Positions 55,125 to 63,896 are shown, counted from the stretch's first letter. The stretch: 64,000 nucleotides of DNA from Oscillospiraceae bacterium (GCA_031271865.1 JAISUW010000044.1:589-64588), one strand, 5' to 3'. Translations and numbers: made by a program. Notes: generated from the letters alone by a model not told the origin.

Positions 55125-56141
55125 ATGCCATATATTACTTTTGATTTCTCCCGTCCATATGATTTGGTATTGCTCGGCCGTGTAGCCATTGACTTTAACC
55201 CTGTCGACTACTTCCAGACTTTGGCGGAGAGTACTACGTTCAAAAAGTACGTCGGCGGCAGTCCGGCAAATATTGCTTATGGCTTGGCGCGGCTTGGAAA
55301 GAAGTGCGGCTTTTTTGCCCGCGTGTCCGACGACCGCTTCGGGGAGTACGTGGTCGGTGCATTTGAAAAAGAAGGTATTGACACTTCCCGCATCCGCAAG
55401 TGCGAGCATGGTGAAAAAATCGGTTTAACATTCACGGAGATCCTAAGCCGTGACGAAAGCTCCATCCTCATGTACCGAAATGACATCGCCGATTTGGCTC
55501 TGGAGAGCGGGGATATAGACGAGGCGTATATTGCACAAGCCAAAGCCCTCCTCATCAGCGGCACGAGTTTAGCGGCATCCCCCTCCCGCGAGGCGGCACT
55601 GAAAGCCGTTACCCTTGCCGTCAAGACCAATACACCGATCATTTTTGATGTGGATTTCCGCCCCTACAACTGGAAGAGTACGGACGAAACCGCTTTGTAT
55701 TATGCAACCGTGGCGGAGAAAGCCGACATCATCATGGGCAGCCGCGAGGAGTTTGACCTTACCGGGTCGCTCATCGGAACGCCTCCTGATGATGCGGGCA
55801 CTGCCAAGTACTGGCAAGGAAAGAATGCGAAAATCGTAGTGATTAAGCACGGCAAAAAAGGCTCCACAGCTTACACTGCCGATGGCAACTCCTATTCCAT
55901 CAAACCATTCCCGATTGAGGCACTCAAAAGCTTCGGCGGCGGCGATGGCTACGGTTCCAGTTTCATTTACGGTCTGTTAGAGGGTTGGGACATTATGGAT
56001 TGCTTGGAGCTTGGTTCCGCTTCCGCCGCGCTGTTGGTGGGGGCGCATGGCTGTTCCTCTTTTATGCCGACCTTGGAGCAGATTCAGTCCTATATCGCAG
56101 ACTGCAAAGCGAAGTATGGGGAAATGGTCGCCCGTGCATAA
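55125..56141 (+). CDS. iolC: PfkB-family sugar kinase, 5-dehydro-2-deoxygluconokinase (IolC)-like
   Basis: The N-terminus DLVLLGRVAIDFNPVDYFQTLAESTTFKKYVGGSPANIAYGLARLG is IolC-like, with a C-terminal GGGDGYGS motif. The ATG at 55125 follows GGAGG. Confidence 0.65.
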   Translation: MPYITFDFSRPYDLVLLGRVAIDFNPVDYFQTLAESTTFKKYVGGSPANIAYGLARLGKKCGFFARVSDDRFGEYVVGAFEKEGIDTSRIRKCEHGEKIGLTFTEILSRDESSILMYRNDIADLALESGDIDEAYIAQAKALLISGTSLAASPSREAALKAVTLAVKTNTPIIFDVDFRPYNWKSTDETALYYATVAEKADIIMGSREEFDLTGSLIGTPPDDAGTAKYWQGKNAKIVVIKHGKKGSTAYTADGNSYSIKPFPIEALKSFGGGDGYGSSFIYGLLEGWDIMDCLELGSASAALLVGAHGCSSFMPTLEQIQSYIADCKAKYGEMVARA

Positions 56142-56217
56142 GGATTCAGCCGATTGCGTATGCTTTGAGAGGTGCTTGGTACAATAATCATTATGCAAAC
56201 AAAAACAGGGGGCAGCT

Positions 56218-57177
56218 ATGGCCGGCTATGAGAAGCGTACACCGGAGGGAACCCGTGATTACCTCAGTCCGGACTGCGAGGCGCGGGAAAGGATTCGCCG
56301 CATACTGGCAGAGGTCTTCCAAAAACGAGGTTATACACCGGTAGAGACACCGCATCTGGAGTTTTATGATGTATTCCGCGCAGGGGAAGGTACGCTTTTG
56401 GAGAGCCTATACCCTGTGACGGATTACAACGGTCGGTTGCTCGTATTGCGGCCGGATAATACGTTGCCTGTGTGCAGGGTAGCCGCAACGCGGCTCGGGG
56501 CAGCTACGCTGCCGCTGCGCCTATGCTACCAGCAGAGTGTGTTTCGCCGCCGGCCGTTCTATGCCGGCTATAGTGATGAAATATCCCAATCCGGTATTGA
56601 GCTGATAGGCGCTGCCGGATTGGATTCGGATGTAGAAGTGCTTTCCATTGGCATTGAGTGTCTGCGTGCGCTCGGTGTGCAGCACCAGCGCGTGGAAATC
56701 GGACACGCAGGGATTTTTGCCGCGCTTGCCCAAGCACTCCGGCTGGATGCAGAGCAAACCCAAGAGATTGCCGCTGCCGTAGAAACGAAGAACATTCCCG
56801 CTTTAGAAAGCGCTTTGACCAAGTTGCCAAAAAGCAGTGAAAGCCGCCTGCTGCGTGAGTTGCCGCTTCTTTTCGGCGGAAGTGATTCCATTGGTCGGGC
56901 AAAGGAACTCTGCCGCAGTCCGAAAGTATGCGCCGTCCTGGGGGAACTGGAAGAGATTTATACCGCACTCCGCGATGCCGGTTTTGGGGATGCCGTCCGC
57001 TTGGATTTGGGATTGGCGCACGGGCAAAGCTACTATACCGGAATCATGTTCCGCGGCTATACAGACAGAAGCGGGACATATGTTCTTTCCGGCGGCAGGT
57101 ATGACGAGACCATGGCGCATTTCGGGCGTCCGGCCCCTGCGGTTGGTTTTGCGATTAACACCGATGAATTACGATGA
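56218..57177 (+). CDS. hisZ: ATP phosphoribosyltransferase regulatory subunit
   Basis: HisRS-like but lacks the anticodon-binding domain. Contains TPEGTRDYL and LRPDNTLPVCR, and sits directly upstream of a short-form hisG. Confidence 0.85.
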   Translation: MAGYEKRTPEGTRDYLSPDCEARERIRRILAEVFQKRGYTPVETPHLEFYDVFRAGEGTLLESLYPVTDYNGRLLVLRPDNTLPVCRVAATRLGAATLPLRLCYQQSVFRRRPFYAGYSDEISQSGIELIGAAGLDSDVEVLSIGIECLRALGVQHQRVEIGHAGIFAALAQALRLDAEQTQEIAAAVETKNIPALESALTKLPKSSESRLLRELPLLFGGSDSIGRAKELCRSPKVCAVLGELEEIYTALRDAGFGDAVRLDLGLAHGQSYYTGIMFRGYTDRSGTYVLSGGRYDETMAHFGRPAPAVGFAINTDELR

Positions 57178-57191
57178 AGGAGGTTCTACCC

Positions 57192-57821
57192 ATGCGCAAC
57201 GTACGGATAGCTCTCACGAAAGGCCGCTTGGAGAAGCGGTCTGTAGAACTCTTTCAGCAAATCGGGTTCGATTGCTCGGCATTGATAAACAAAGGACGCC
57301 GGCTGATACTGCCCATGGACAATTTTGAAGTGGTGCTGGCAAAAGCCAACGATGTTATCACCTATGTAGAACACGGTGCCTGTGATGTTGGTTTTGTCGG
57401 AAAAGACACGATTGTTGAGGCCGGCGCGGATTGCTATGAAATGCTGGACTTAGGTTTCGGCAAGTGCCGATTTGCGTTGGCCGGGAAAGCCGGCGTAGAT
57501 TTTTATTCCGGCTACCATGAACGGATTGTTGCCTCCAAGTACCCAAATGTTGCAAAGGCCTTCTTCGCAAGCAAAGGCATGGATGTACGCGTTATTAAAA
57601 TTGACGGCTCTGTGGAACTGGCACCCTTGCTGGATTTCGCGCATGGAATTGTGGACATCGTTGAAACCGGCAGCACCCTGCGAGAGAATGGCTTGGTGGT
57701 CATCGAGGAGATTATGCCTATCTCCGCCCGTGTAATCGTCAACAAAGCGAGCCTCAAACTGCGCCGGAGTGAGATTGAAGGCCTGCTCAGCGACATCGCT
57801 GTCGCTGTGCAAGTATTGTAG
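57192..57821 (+). CDS. hisG: ATP phosphoribosyltransferase (short form)
   Basis: IALTKGRLEK, the DIVETGSTLRENGL motif and a length of ~209 aa. Confidence 0.9.
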   Translation: MRNVRIALTKGRLEKRSVELFQQIGFDCSALINKGRRLILPMDNFEVVLAKANDVITYVEHGACDVGFVGKDTIVEAGADCYEMLDLGFGKCRFALAGKAGVDFYSGYHERIVASKYPNVAKAFFASKGMDVRVIKIDGSVELAPLLDFAHGIVDIVETGSTLRENGLVVIEEIMPISARVIVNKASLKLRRSEIEGLLSDIAVAVQVL

Positions 57822-57833
57822 TATATTATATGT

Positions 57834-57937
57834 ATTATAATATAATTAAAATGCTATTATTATACATTTTATTATAATATAATCAATGAGCTATTATTAT
57901 ACAATTTATAATATAATTAAAATACTATTATTATACA
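57834..57937. repeat. three tandem 33-nt extremely AT-rich repeats
   Basis: ATTATAATATAATTAAAATGCTATTATTATACA (57834-57866), ATTATAATATAATCAATGAGCTATTATTATACA (57871-57903) and TTTATAATATAATTAAAATACTATTATTATACA (57905-57937). Confidence 0.9.
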
Positions 57938-58011
57938 CTAAATACCATTGCCAGCCCAGACCTTGAAACCCTGCGGGTGCTATCCCGCTTATATATTGGA
58001 GGACAAGCCCT

Positions 58012-58815
58012 ATGGAACTCGGACTCATTATTGATGCTAACAGCAAGGCGGACTTTGAGCGGCTCGCTTCTTTCGGTATCAAGTACGCCGAACTCTGCAT
58101 CAATGTCGGCACGGATGCAAAGAAATATCTCGACCGTGCGGAGGAAATCGCAGCTTGGACAGAAGAAACCGGCACCGCAGTGGCATCTATCGGCCGTTGG
58201 GGAACCAACCGTCTGAATCCCGATGGTTCTTTCAATGAACCTGAGTACCAAAATGATCTGGCACTCATCGCCCTTTGCGGGAAACTCGGTTGCACATCTT
58301 TTGTCTGCGGTTGCAATGAACCGCGTGAGGTCAAGAGCTTTGACGACCGTATTGCGTGCGCCGTAAAGTACTTCGCGGCTCTCATCGAAGCCGGAAAACC
58401 AAGCGGCGTACATATCAATGTCTACAACTGCGATTGGAACAACTTCGTCTGGGGCTATAAGACTTGGGATAAAATCTTCCCGTTGCTCCCGGAACTGGGT
58501 CTAAAATACGACATCAGCCATTGCCTGAACCGCGGCGGGGATTATATGCAGGAGCTCATGCAGTACGGCGTGAGGATCGGTCATTTCCATGTCAAAGGAA
58601 CCGTACGTGTCCATGGTCGAAACGTGCAAGATCCGCCGGCGGGCTTGGACGATATTCCTTGGGGTGCTGTGTTTGCCATCCTCTACCATCACAAGTATAA
58701 CGGCGTTTGCTCCATTGAGCCGCACTCCGGGATATGGAACACAGGTGAACAGGGGGATTGGGGGATTCGTTTCGCCAGGGACTTCATAGGAAAGTATCTG
58801 TTTCATGCCGGGTAA
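58012..58815 (+). CDS. sugar phosphate isomerase/epimerase family (TIM barrel)
   Basis: The size and the HFHVKG / SIEPH type motifs fit the family. A TTGGAGGA RBS is present. Confidence 0.7.
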   Translation: MELGLIIDANSKADFERLASFGIKYAELCINVGTDAKKYLDRAEEIAAWTEETGTAVASIGRWGTNRLNPDGSFNEPEYQNDLALIALCGKLGCTSFVCGCNEPREVKSFDDRIACAVKYFAALIEAGKPSGVHINVYNCDWNNFVWGYKTWDKIFPLLPELGLKYDISHCLNRGGDYMQELMQYGVRIGHFHVKGTVRVHGRNVQDPPAGLDDIPWGAVFAILYHHKYNGVCSIEPHSGIWNTGEQGDWGIRFARDFIGKYLFHAG

Positions 58816-58817
58816 GG

Positions 58818-58884
58818 GAGGCCGCAATGCGGCCTCAAGCAGCGGCCGCAATGCGGCCGCCCCTGCCGGGCCGTAATACGGCCC
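58818..58884 (+). repeat. REP-like triple-hairpin element, copy C
   Basis: GAGGCCGC-AAT-GCGGCCTC (58818-58836), GCGGCCGC-AAT-GCGGCCGC (58842-58860) and GGGCCG-TAATA-CGGCCC (58868-58884). A CCCTGCC linker precedes hairpin 3. Confidence 0.85.
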
Positions 58885-58914
58885 ACAAAAAAAGGCGCAC
58901 AGCGCCTCTTTTTG
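58885..58914. terminator. bidirectional intrinsic terminator
   Basis: An A-run, then AGGCGC-ACA-GCGCCT, then CTTTTT. It can serve both convergent genes. Confidence 0.75.
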
Positions 58915-58931
58915 AAGAATCCGTTTTCACG

Positions 58932-59372
58932 TCAGTCCGCTTTCACGAGAGTGAGCAGAGCGGAACGGCCCTGCACGGCACCTTTAAAGGGATGACGGAG
59001 TTCCAGGTTGACGACATCACCGGCTTCAAGGTCAACGAAGCCATTACCGGAAAAGAGTTCAGGGAAGAGATGCTCATCAAGGAGCAGCTCGGGTTCATGG
59101 TTCACGGTAAGCAAGAGTTCGGGGTCGCCCTCAGTAGAGGCGATTTCGCAGTGCCAGTAGTACATATAGCAGCCGGACTCGCCGACAGTAATCCCGCAGC
59201 CGATATGGTGCAGACCATCGGAGGCGGCGGCGGTCACAAGGGGAACGGCGCTTACTGTATCCGGGGAGAACTCAATATCGAATTCCCCGCAGTGACCGAT
59301 ACCGAATTCGCCTTTGATGTGCAGGTCTTTTCCGGCTTGCAGCATACGCATCATGTTCGTCATGGAAATCAC
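58932..59372 (-). CDS. hypothetical beta-rich protein (possibly cupin-like)
   Basis: A GGAAGGAG RBS and a downstream terminator support a real gene. The LEAGDVVNLELRHPF segment resembles cupin motif 2, so the family call is weak. Confidence 0.5.
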   Translation of the reverse strand: MISMTNMMRMLQAGKDLHIKGEFGIGHCGEFDIEFSPDTVSAVPLVTAAASDGLHHIGCGITVGESGCYMYYWHCEIASTEGDPELLLTVNHEPELLLDEHLFPELFSGNGFVDLEAGDVVNLELRHPFKGAVQGRSALLTLVKAD

Positions 59373-59713
59373 TCCTTCCGGATTATCCGGGTTCTGGAGC
59401 GGGCAGGCATCATTGCCTCGAAAAGCAGCGGGACAACTTTGCGCCGGGCTTCGGAAACCTCTGGTTTAAGTATAGTCTTACGGGAGGCACCGTATTCACG
59501 ATTTGGCATCTTTATCGGAAGCTCCTGTCCGTTAGCCGCGACTTCCTGCTTCCGAGATTAAGACAGTTTGTCTACACTAACGGTTCCGATTCCGGCAAAA
59601 AAAATTATAAAAAATTTTTGCAAAATCGGGAACCTAACCAAGAGCTAACCTGTCCTATAATCATGAAGGGCTTACTTTGAAGGTATGGCCGGTTGAATGA
59701 TGAAGCATTAGGC

Positions 59714-59750
59714 GCGGCTCAGCGGTTGGCTGAGCCGCTTGCCTTTTGTT
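59714..59750 (+). terminator. strong intrinsic terminator 17 nt upstream of the tsaE start
   Basis: A perfect 10-bp stem GCGGCTCAGC-GGTTG-GCTGAGCCGC followed by TTGCCTTTTGTT. Confidence 0.7.
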
Positions 59751-59767
59751 CCGAGGGGGTATAAAAA

Positions 59768-60214
59768 ATGTACAAGCAAGTCTTTATTACCAAGAGTCCG
59801 CAGGAAACGGAGAACATAGCGGCTCGGTTGGCGGCCTCGCTGAAAGCCGGCGATTTGATCGCGCTATACGGTGATTTAGGTGCCGGCAAGACAGCGTTTG
59901 TGCGTGGGCTTGCGTGCGGGTTGCATTGCAGAGCGGAGGATGTGACCAGTCCTACCTACACGATTTTGCAAACCTATCCCGGTCGGATACCGCTTATGCA
60001 TTTTGATATGTATCGGATTACTTCCGCAGAGGACTTGGAATCAACCGGGTATTACGATATGCTTGGCACAGAAGCCATCCTTGCTGTAGAGTGGCCGGAG
60101 AATATTGCGGGCGAGCTTCCGCAGCGGCATTATACCGTTCATTTAACCGCAGGTGCAGCAGAGACACAACGCCTAATCGAGATAGAATCGCCGGAGGAGG
60201 AAACCGAATGCTGA
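59768..60214 (+). CDS. tsaE: tRNA t6A37 biosynthesis ATPase TsaE
   Basis: The GDLGAGKT Walker A motif, SPTYT and a size of 148 aa. Confidence 0.9.
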   Translation: MYKQVFITKSPQETENIAARLAASLKAGDLIALYGDLGAGKTAFVRGLACGLHCRAEDVTSPTYTILQTYPGRIPLMHFDMYRITSAEDLESTGYYDMLGTEAILAVEWPENIAGELPQRHYTVHLTAGAAETQRLIEIESPEEETEC

Positions 60215-60804
60215 CCTTAGGCATAGATACCGCTGACAAAGCCGCTTGTGTGTGCTTGGAGGCTGACAATCGGCTGCTTATAATGAAAAGCTACACCGGT
60301 GACCGGAAGCATTCAGAAGTGCTTGCGAGCTTAGTACAAGACTGCCTGACAGAAGCAGGTTTTGGTATTGCAGATCTCCGCCGCATAGCAATTACGAACG
60401 GACCGGGTTCTTTTACAGGCGTGCGCATAGGTGTGTCTTTCGCGAAAGGCTTGGCGGAAGGACTGGGGATTCCCGTTGCCGGTGTATCAACCTTGCAAGC
60501 GATGGCATCCTTGCATTGTACTGCGCATCCGGTAAAAAGAGAATTCGCCTGCGCTATGGATGCCCGGCGCGGGCAAGTATATGCCGCCGGGTTTGCACCC
60601 GATGGTTCGCGTTTGACGGCTGACGAAGCCATTCCCTTATCTGCGCTGGAGGGTAAGGACATCGTATGGCCGGACACAAGTATTGCTTATGGTGCGGTGT
60701 TGGCGGCATCCCCGATGGATTACCTTCCCGCCGCGGCGCTCCTTGCTTTCTATCTGCGCCCCTCCCAAGCGGAGAGAGAAAGGAATGAACGCCTTGCTTT
60801 ATAA
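60208..60804 (+). CDS. tsaB: tRNA t6A37 biosynthesis protein TsaB
   Basis: MLTLGIDTA..., GPGSFTGVRIGV. The ATG at 60208 overlaps the end of tsaE. Confidence 0.85.
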   Translation: MLTLGIDTADKAACVCLEADNRLLIMKSYTGDRKHSEVLASLVQDCLTEAGFGIADLRRIAITNGPGSFTGVRIGVSFAKGLAEGLGIPVAGVSTLQAMASLHCTAHPVKREFACAMDARRGQVYAAGFAPDGSRLTADEAIPLSALEGKDIVWPDTSIAYGAVLAASPMDYLPAAALLAFYLRPSQAERERNERLAL

Positions 60805-61579
60805 CATATTTGACTCCCACGCACACTATACGGACAGTCGCTACAATGAAGACCGTGACGAGCTATTGTGGACACTGCCGCAGTTAGGCGTCACCGGCAT
60901 TCTCACCTGCGGGAGTGATGTGCCGGACAGTGAAGCGGCTTTAGCATTGGCTGATAAATACAACTTTATCTATGCCGCTTGCGGCGTACACCCGCACGAG
61001 GCAAAGGATTTCGATGAAACAGCGAAGCGAAAGCTGCCGCAACTTTTATCGCACCCGAAGTGCATAGCACTCGGTGAGATTGGTTTAGACTACCACTATG
61101 ATTTCAGCCCGCGTAATACTCAGAAAGAGGTTTTTTGTTACCAGCTAGCCTTAGCGAAAGAGATAGGAAAGCCGGTCGTCCTGCATGACCGTGAAGCCCA
61201 TGCAGACACACTCCAATTGGTTCGGGAAGCAGGAAACACACGGGGCGTAATACATGCATTCTCCGGCGGTTCCGCACTTGCATTCGAGTGGTTGGCACTC
61301 GGGTATGCTCTCGGCTTCGGAGGACCGGTGACATTTAAGCCGAAGAAAGGCGAAGCGATGAACATGCCGCTCTCTGTAGCTGCACAGATTCCGTTGGATC
61401 GAATTCTCTTGGAGACAGATGCTCCCTACCTGACACCGCATCCGTATAGGGGCAAGCGCAACGATTCCGCAATGATAGCTTATGTCGCTGAAACCATCGC
61501 CGCCGCCCGGAATATGAACCCGCAGGAACTGTTAGACATCTCGGCAGATAATGCGAAACGCATTTTCGGGGTAGAATAA
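60785..61579 (+). CDS. tatD: TatD family metal-dependent hydrolase
   Basis: FDSHAHY, GEIGLDYHY, HDREAH and ETDAPYL. Confidence 0.9.
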   Translation: MNALLYNIFDSHAHYTDSRYNEDRDELLWTLPQLGVTGILTCGSDVPDSEAALALADKYNFIYAACGVHPHEAKDFDETAKRKLPQLLSHPKCIALGEIGLDYHYDFSPRNTQKEVFCYQLALAKEIGKPVVLHDREAHADTLQLVREAGNTRGVIHAFSGGSALAFEWLALGYALGFGGPVTFKPKKGEAMNMPLSVAAQIPLDRILLETDAPYLTPHPYRGKRNDSAMIAYVAETIAAARNMNPQELLDISADNAKRIFGVE

Positions 61580-62572
61580 ATGAAAGAGTATACAGCTTCT
61601 GCCAATGACCGGGAGCGGCGCGTCGATGCCTTTATGCAAAAAGCGGCGCCGGATTTACCGCCGTCCTTGCTTTACAAGGCTTTCCGCAAGAAAGATATCA
61701 AAGTGAACGGCAAGCCGGTGAAGCAGGATTACCGTTTGCAGGCAGGGGATACAATTCGCGCTTATCTTCCGGAGGATGTCCTCGCCCCGCCGCAGTACCA
61801 ATATGATTTTATGAAAGCCGGGCGTGAGTTGCGTGTGTTGTACGAGGATGAGCGGCTTTTGGTGGCATACAAACCCTCCGGTCTGCTTTCTCACCCGGAC
61901 GGGACGGAGTATGCAGATACACTGCTTTCCCGTTTACAGCGTTACTTATATGAAAAGGGAGAATACCACCCGCAAGCAGAGAACGCCTTTGCTCCGGCTC
62001 TTTGCCACCGCATCGACCGCAATACGGAGGGTATAGTCCTGTGTGCCAAAACGGCTGAGGCACTCCGCGAAACCGCCGCCGCTATTAAGGCGCGGCAAGT
62101 GCGCAAGTTCTATCTCTGCGCCGTATACGCCGACAGAAGCGAATCCCAACTGCTTATGGATTGGAACTGTTTGACGGCAGACGACTGGCAGACCGTCACA
62201 CACTACCTGCTGAAAGACGAGAAGTCCTCCGAGGTTTGTGTATATGACAACCCAAAACCCGGAGCCAAAGAGGCGGTCACTTCGTACAGAGTTCTTGCGC
62301 GACGTTCCGACGGCATAGCATTGCTCATGGTCGAACTCCACACCGGCCGTACGCACCAGATTCGCGCACAGTTAAGTGCCATCGGTTTGCCGCTCGTAGG
62401 TGACGGCAAATACGCCCCACGTGCAGTATATCAGGAGTCGCGGCGTTTGGGTTACAAGAATCAATGCCTCTGTGCTTTCCGCTTGGTATGGGGGGAACTG
62501 GATATACAAATCCCGCCGCATGAGATCGCTTTCGTGCGGGAGCTGTTCCCGAAAAATGAAAAACACCCCTGA
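61580..62572 (+). CDS. RluA family pseudouridine synthase with N-terminal S4 domain
   Basis: The catalytic HRIDRNTEGIV motif, GRTHQIRAQ and an S4-like N-terminus (KDIKVNGKPVKQDYRLQAGD). Confidence 0.85.
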   Translation: MKEYTASANDRERRVDAFMQKAAPDLPPSLLYKAFRKKDIKVNGKPVKQDYRLQAGDTIRAYLPEDVLAPPQYQYDFMKAGRELRVLYEDERLLVAYKPSGLLSHPDGTEYADTLLSRLQRYLYEKGEYHPQAENAFAPALCHRIDRNTEGIVLCAKTAEALRETAAAIKARQVRKFYLCAVYADRSESQLLMDWNCLTADDWQTVTHYLLKDEKSSEVCVYDNPKPGAKEAVTSYRVLARRSDGIALLMVELHTGRTHQIRAQLSAIGLPLVGDGKYAPRAVYQESRRLGYKNQCLCAFRLVWGELDIQIPPHEIAFVRELFPKNEKHP

Positions 62573-62593
62573 TACCATTGTATGGGGGTGTGG

Positions 62594-62669
62594 TGGTGAT
62601 CCATCCGCGACTCGAACGCGGGACACCCTGATTAAAAGTCAGGTGCTCTGCCAACTGAGCTAATGGATC
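62594..62669 (-). tRNA. tRNA-Lys (anticodon UUU), CCA encoded
   Basis: The reverse complement folds as acceptor GATCCAT/ATGGATC, D arm GCTC-AGTTGGCA-GAGC, anticodon arm CCTGA-CTTTTAA-TCAGG, T arm CCGCG-TTCGAGT-CGCGG and ACCA. Confidence 0.95.
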
Positions 62670-62683
62670 GTTTCAACCTTAGT

Positions 62684-62712
62684 ATTATAGCACATTCTGC
62701 GGCAAAAAGCAA
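62684..62712 (-). promoter_or_regulatory. sigma-A promoter for tRNA-Lys
   Basis: On the minus strand: TTGCTT (62712-62707), a 17-nt spacer, then TGcTATAAT (62689-62684). Confidence 0.65.
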
Positions 62713-62813
62713 GTGTTTTTTGAAATTTTCTTTGCCCGGCGGCGCGATGCACACATGCTTCACCTGACAGTAACAATCGGTAACAAAAAATGCATCTTTT
62801 GGGAGGAGCAGCC

Positions 62814-63896
62814 ATGGAATCGGAAACTCGTGTTCTCCATGTTATCAACTCTATGAACCTCGGCGGCGCAGAGACGCTGATTATGGATTATTTTCGCCGT
62901 ATGCCACCAAACATACGTTTTGATTTCCTTGTCCATGTCTTAGACAAGATGTACTATGAGGAGGAAATCGGTGCATTGGGCGGACGAGTTCACCGTATGG
63001 ACAAACTCCAAACCCAGGGCATCCCGGCGTACTTTAAGTGTCTGCGCACGTTCTTTGCAACGGAGGGATACCATATTGTGCATTCTCACTTGGAAACAAC
63101 GACAGGATTGATTTTGGCGGCCGCAAAGTCAGCCGGTGTGCCTGTACGTATTGCGCAATCCCATAACACACGCTATACACGCAAAGGAATCAAAGCCCTC
63201 CCGGAGAATACCGTAAAGAAAACCCTGCGCTTGCTCATAAACCCGGCAGCCACAATAAAGTTAGCACCCAATGCAGCTTCAGCCAAGTGGCTTTACGGTC
63301 ATGCTGCCTATACGCTCTTTCCCAACACGATAGACACAGCGAAGTTTGCTTTCTCGGCAGAAGCCCGCACCGCGCTGCGGGAGAAGTTTGGCATAGGCAG
63401 CAGTTGCAAGGTATTTCTGAACATTGCCCGTTTTTCTCCGCAGAAAAACCACGCGTTTCTTCTCGAAACCTGGCGGCAATACACGTTTTCGCATCCGGAG
63501 GATATGCTCTTCCTTGCGGGTGCCGGTGAACTCATAGAAAAAATGAAAGCACTCAAAGTCCCGAATGCCGTCTTCTTGGGGTTGCAATCCGATATACCGG
63601 CACTCCTCTCAATGGCAGATGTATTCTTGCTACCATCCCTCTTTGAGGGATTTCCGGTGTCTTTGGCAGAGGCGGCGGCAGCCGGTCTGCCCTGCCTAAT
63701 CAGCGATACGATTGACGGTGGGAGTCTTCCCTGCCGAAAGCTTCCCCTTGTATATGATGCGTGGTTTACTGCAATGGCAGAGAGGAATCCGGTTTCTGTA
63801 GCAGAACGGGAAAATGCCGCATTGAAAACGGCCGAGCAAGGCTATGATATATCATACTCCGTTTCTAAGCTGAAGGAGATTTATGCACAAGCCTGA
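62814..63896 (+). CDS. glycosyltransferase family 4 (GT-B, group 1)
   Basis: The N-terminal VLHVINSMNLGGAE and the C-terminal LPSLFEGFPVSLAEAAAAGLP (E-x7-E region). The ATG at 62814 follows GGGAGGAG. Confidence 0.8.
   Translation: MESETRVLHVINSMNLGGAETLIMDYFRRMPPNIRFDFLVHVLDKMYYEEEIGALGGRVHRMDKLQTQGIPAYFKCLRTFFATEGYHIVHSHLETTTGLILAAAKSAGVPVRIAQSHNTRYTRKGIKALPENTVKKTLRLLINPAATIKLAPNAASAKWLYGHAAYTLFPNTIDTAKFAFSAEARTALREKFGIGSSCKVFLNIARFSPQKNHAFLLETWRQYTFSHPEDMLFLAGAGELIEKMKALKVPNAVFLGLQSDIPALLSMADVFLLPSLFEGFPVSLAEAAAAGLPCLISDTIDGGSLPCRKLPLVYDAWFTAMAERNPVSVAERENAALKTAEQGYDISYSVSKLKEIYAQA

Noticed and set aside
58758-59561. A 267-aa + strand ORF.
   Set aside because: It runs through the REP-like hairpins and the bidirectional terminator, then runs antisense to the minus-strand gene that has a proper RBS and terminator. 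It is spurious.
59373-59620. SRP RNA, c-di-AMP (ydaO), fluoride or guanidine-I riboswitch.
   Set aside because: There are only short chance resemblances (GGAAGCAGGAAG, GUGAAUAC, AAUGAUGCCUG, CUAACGGUUCCG). The conserved cores and their order do not match any of these classes.
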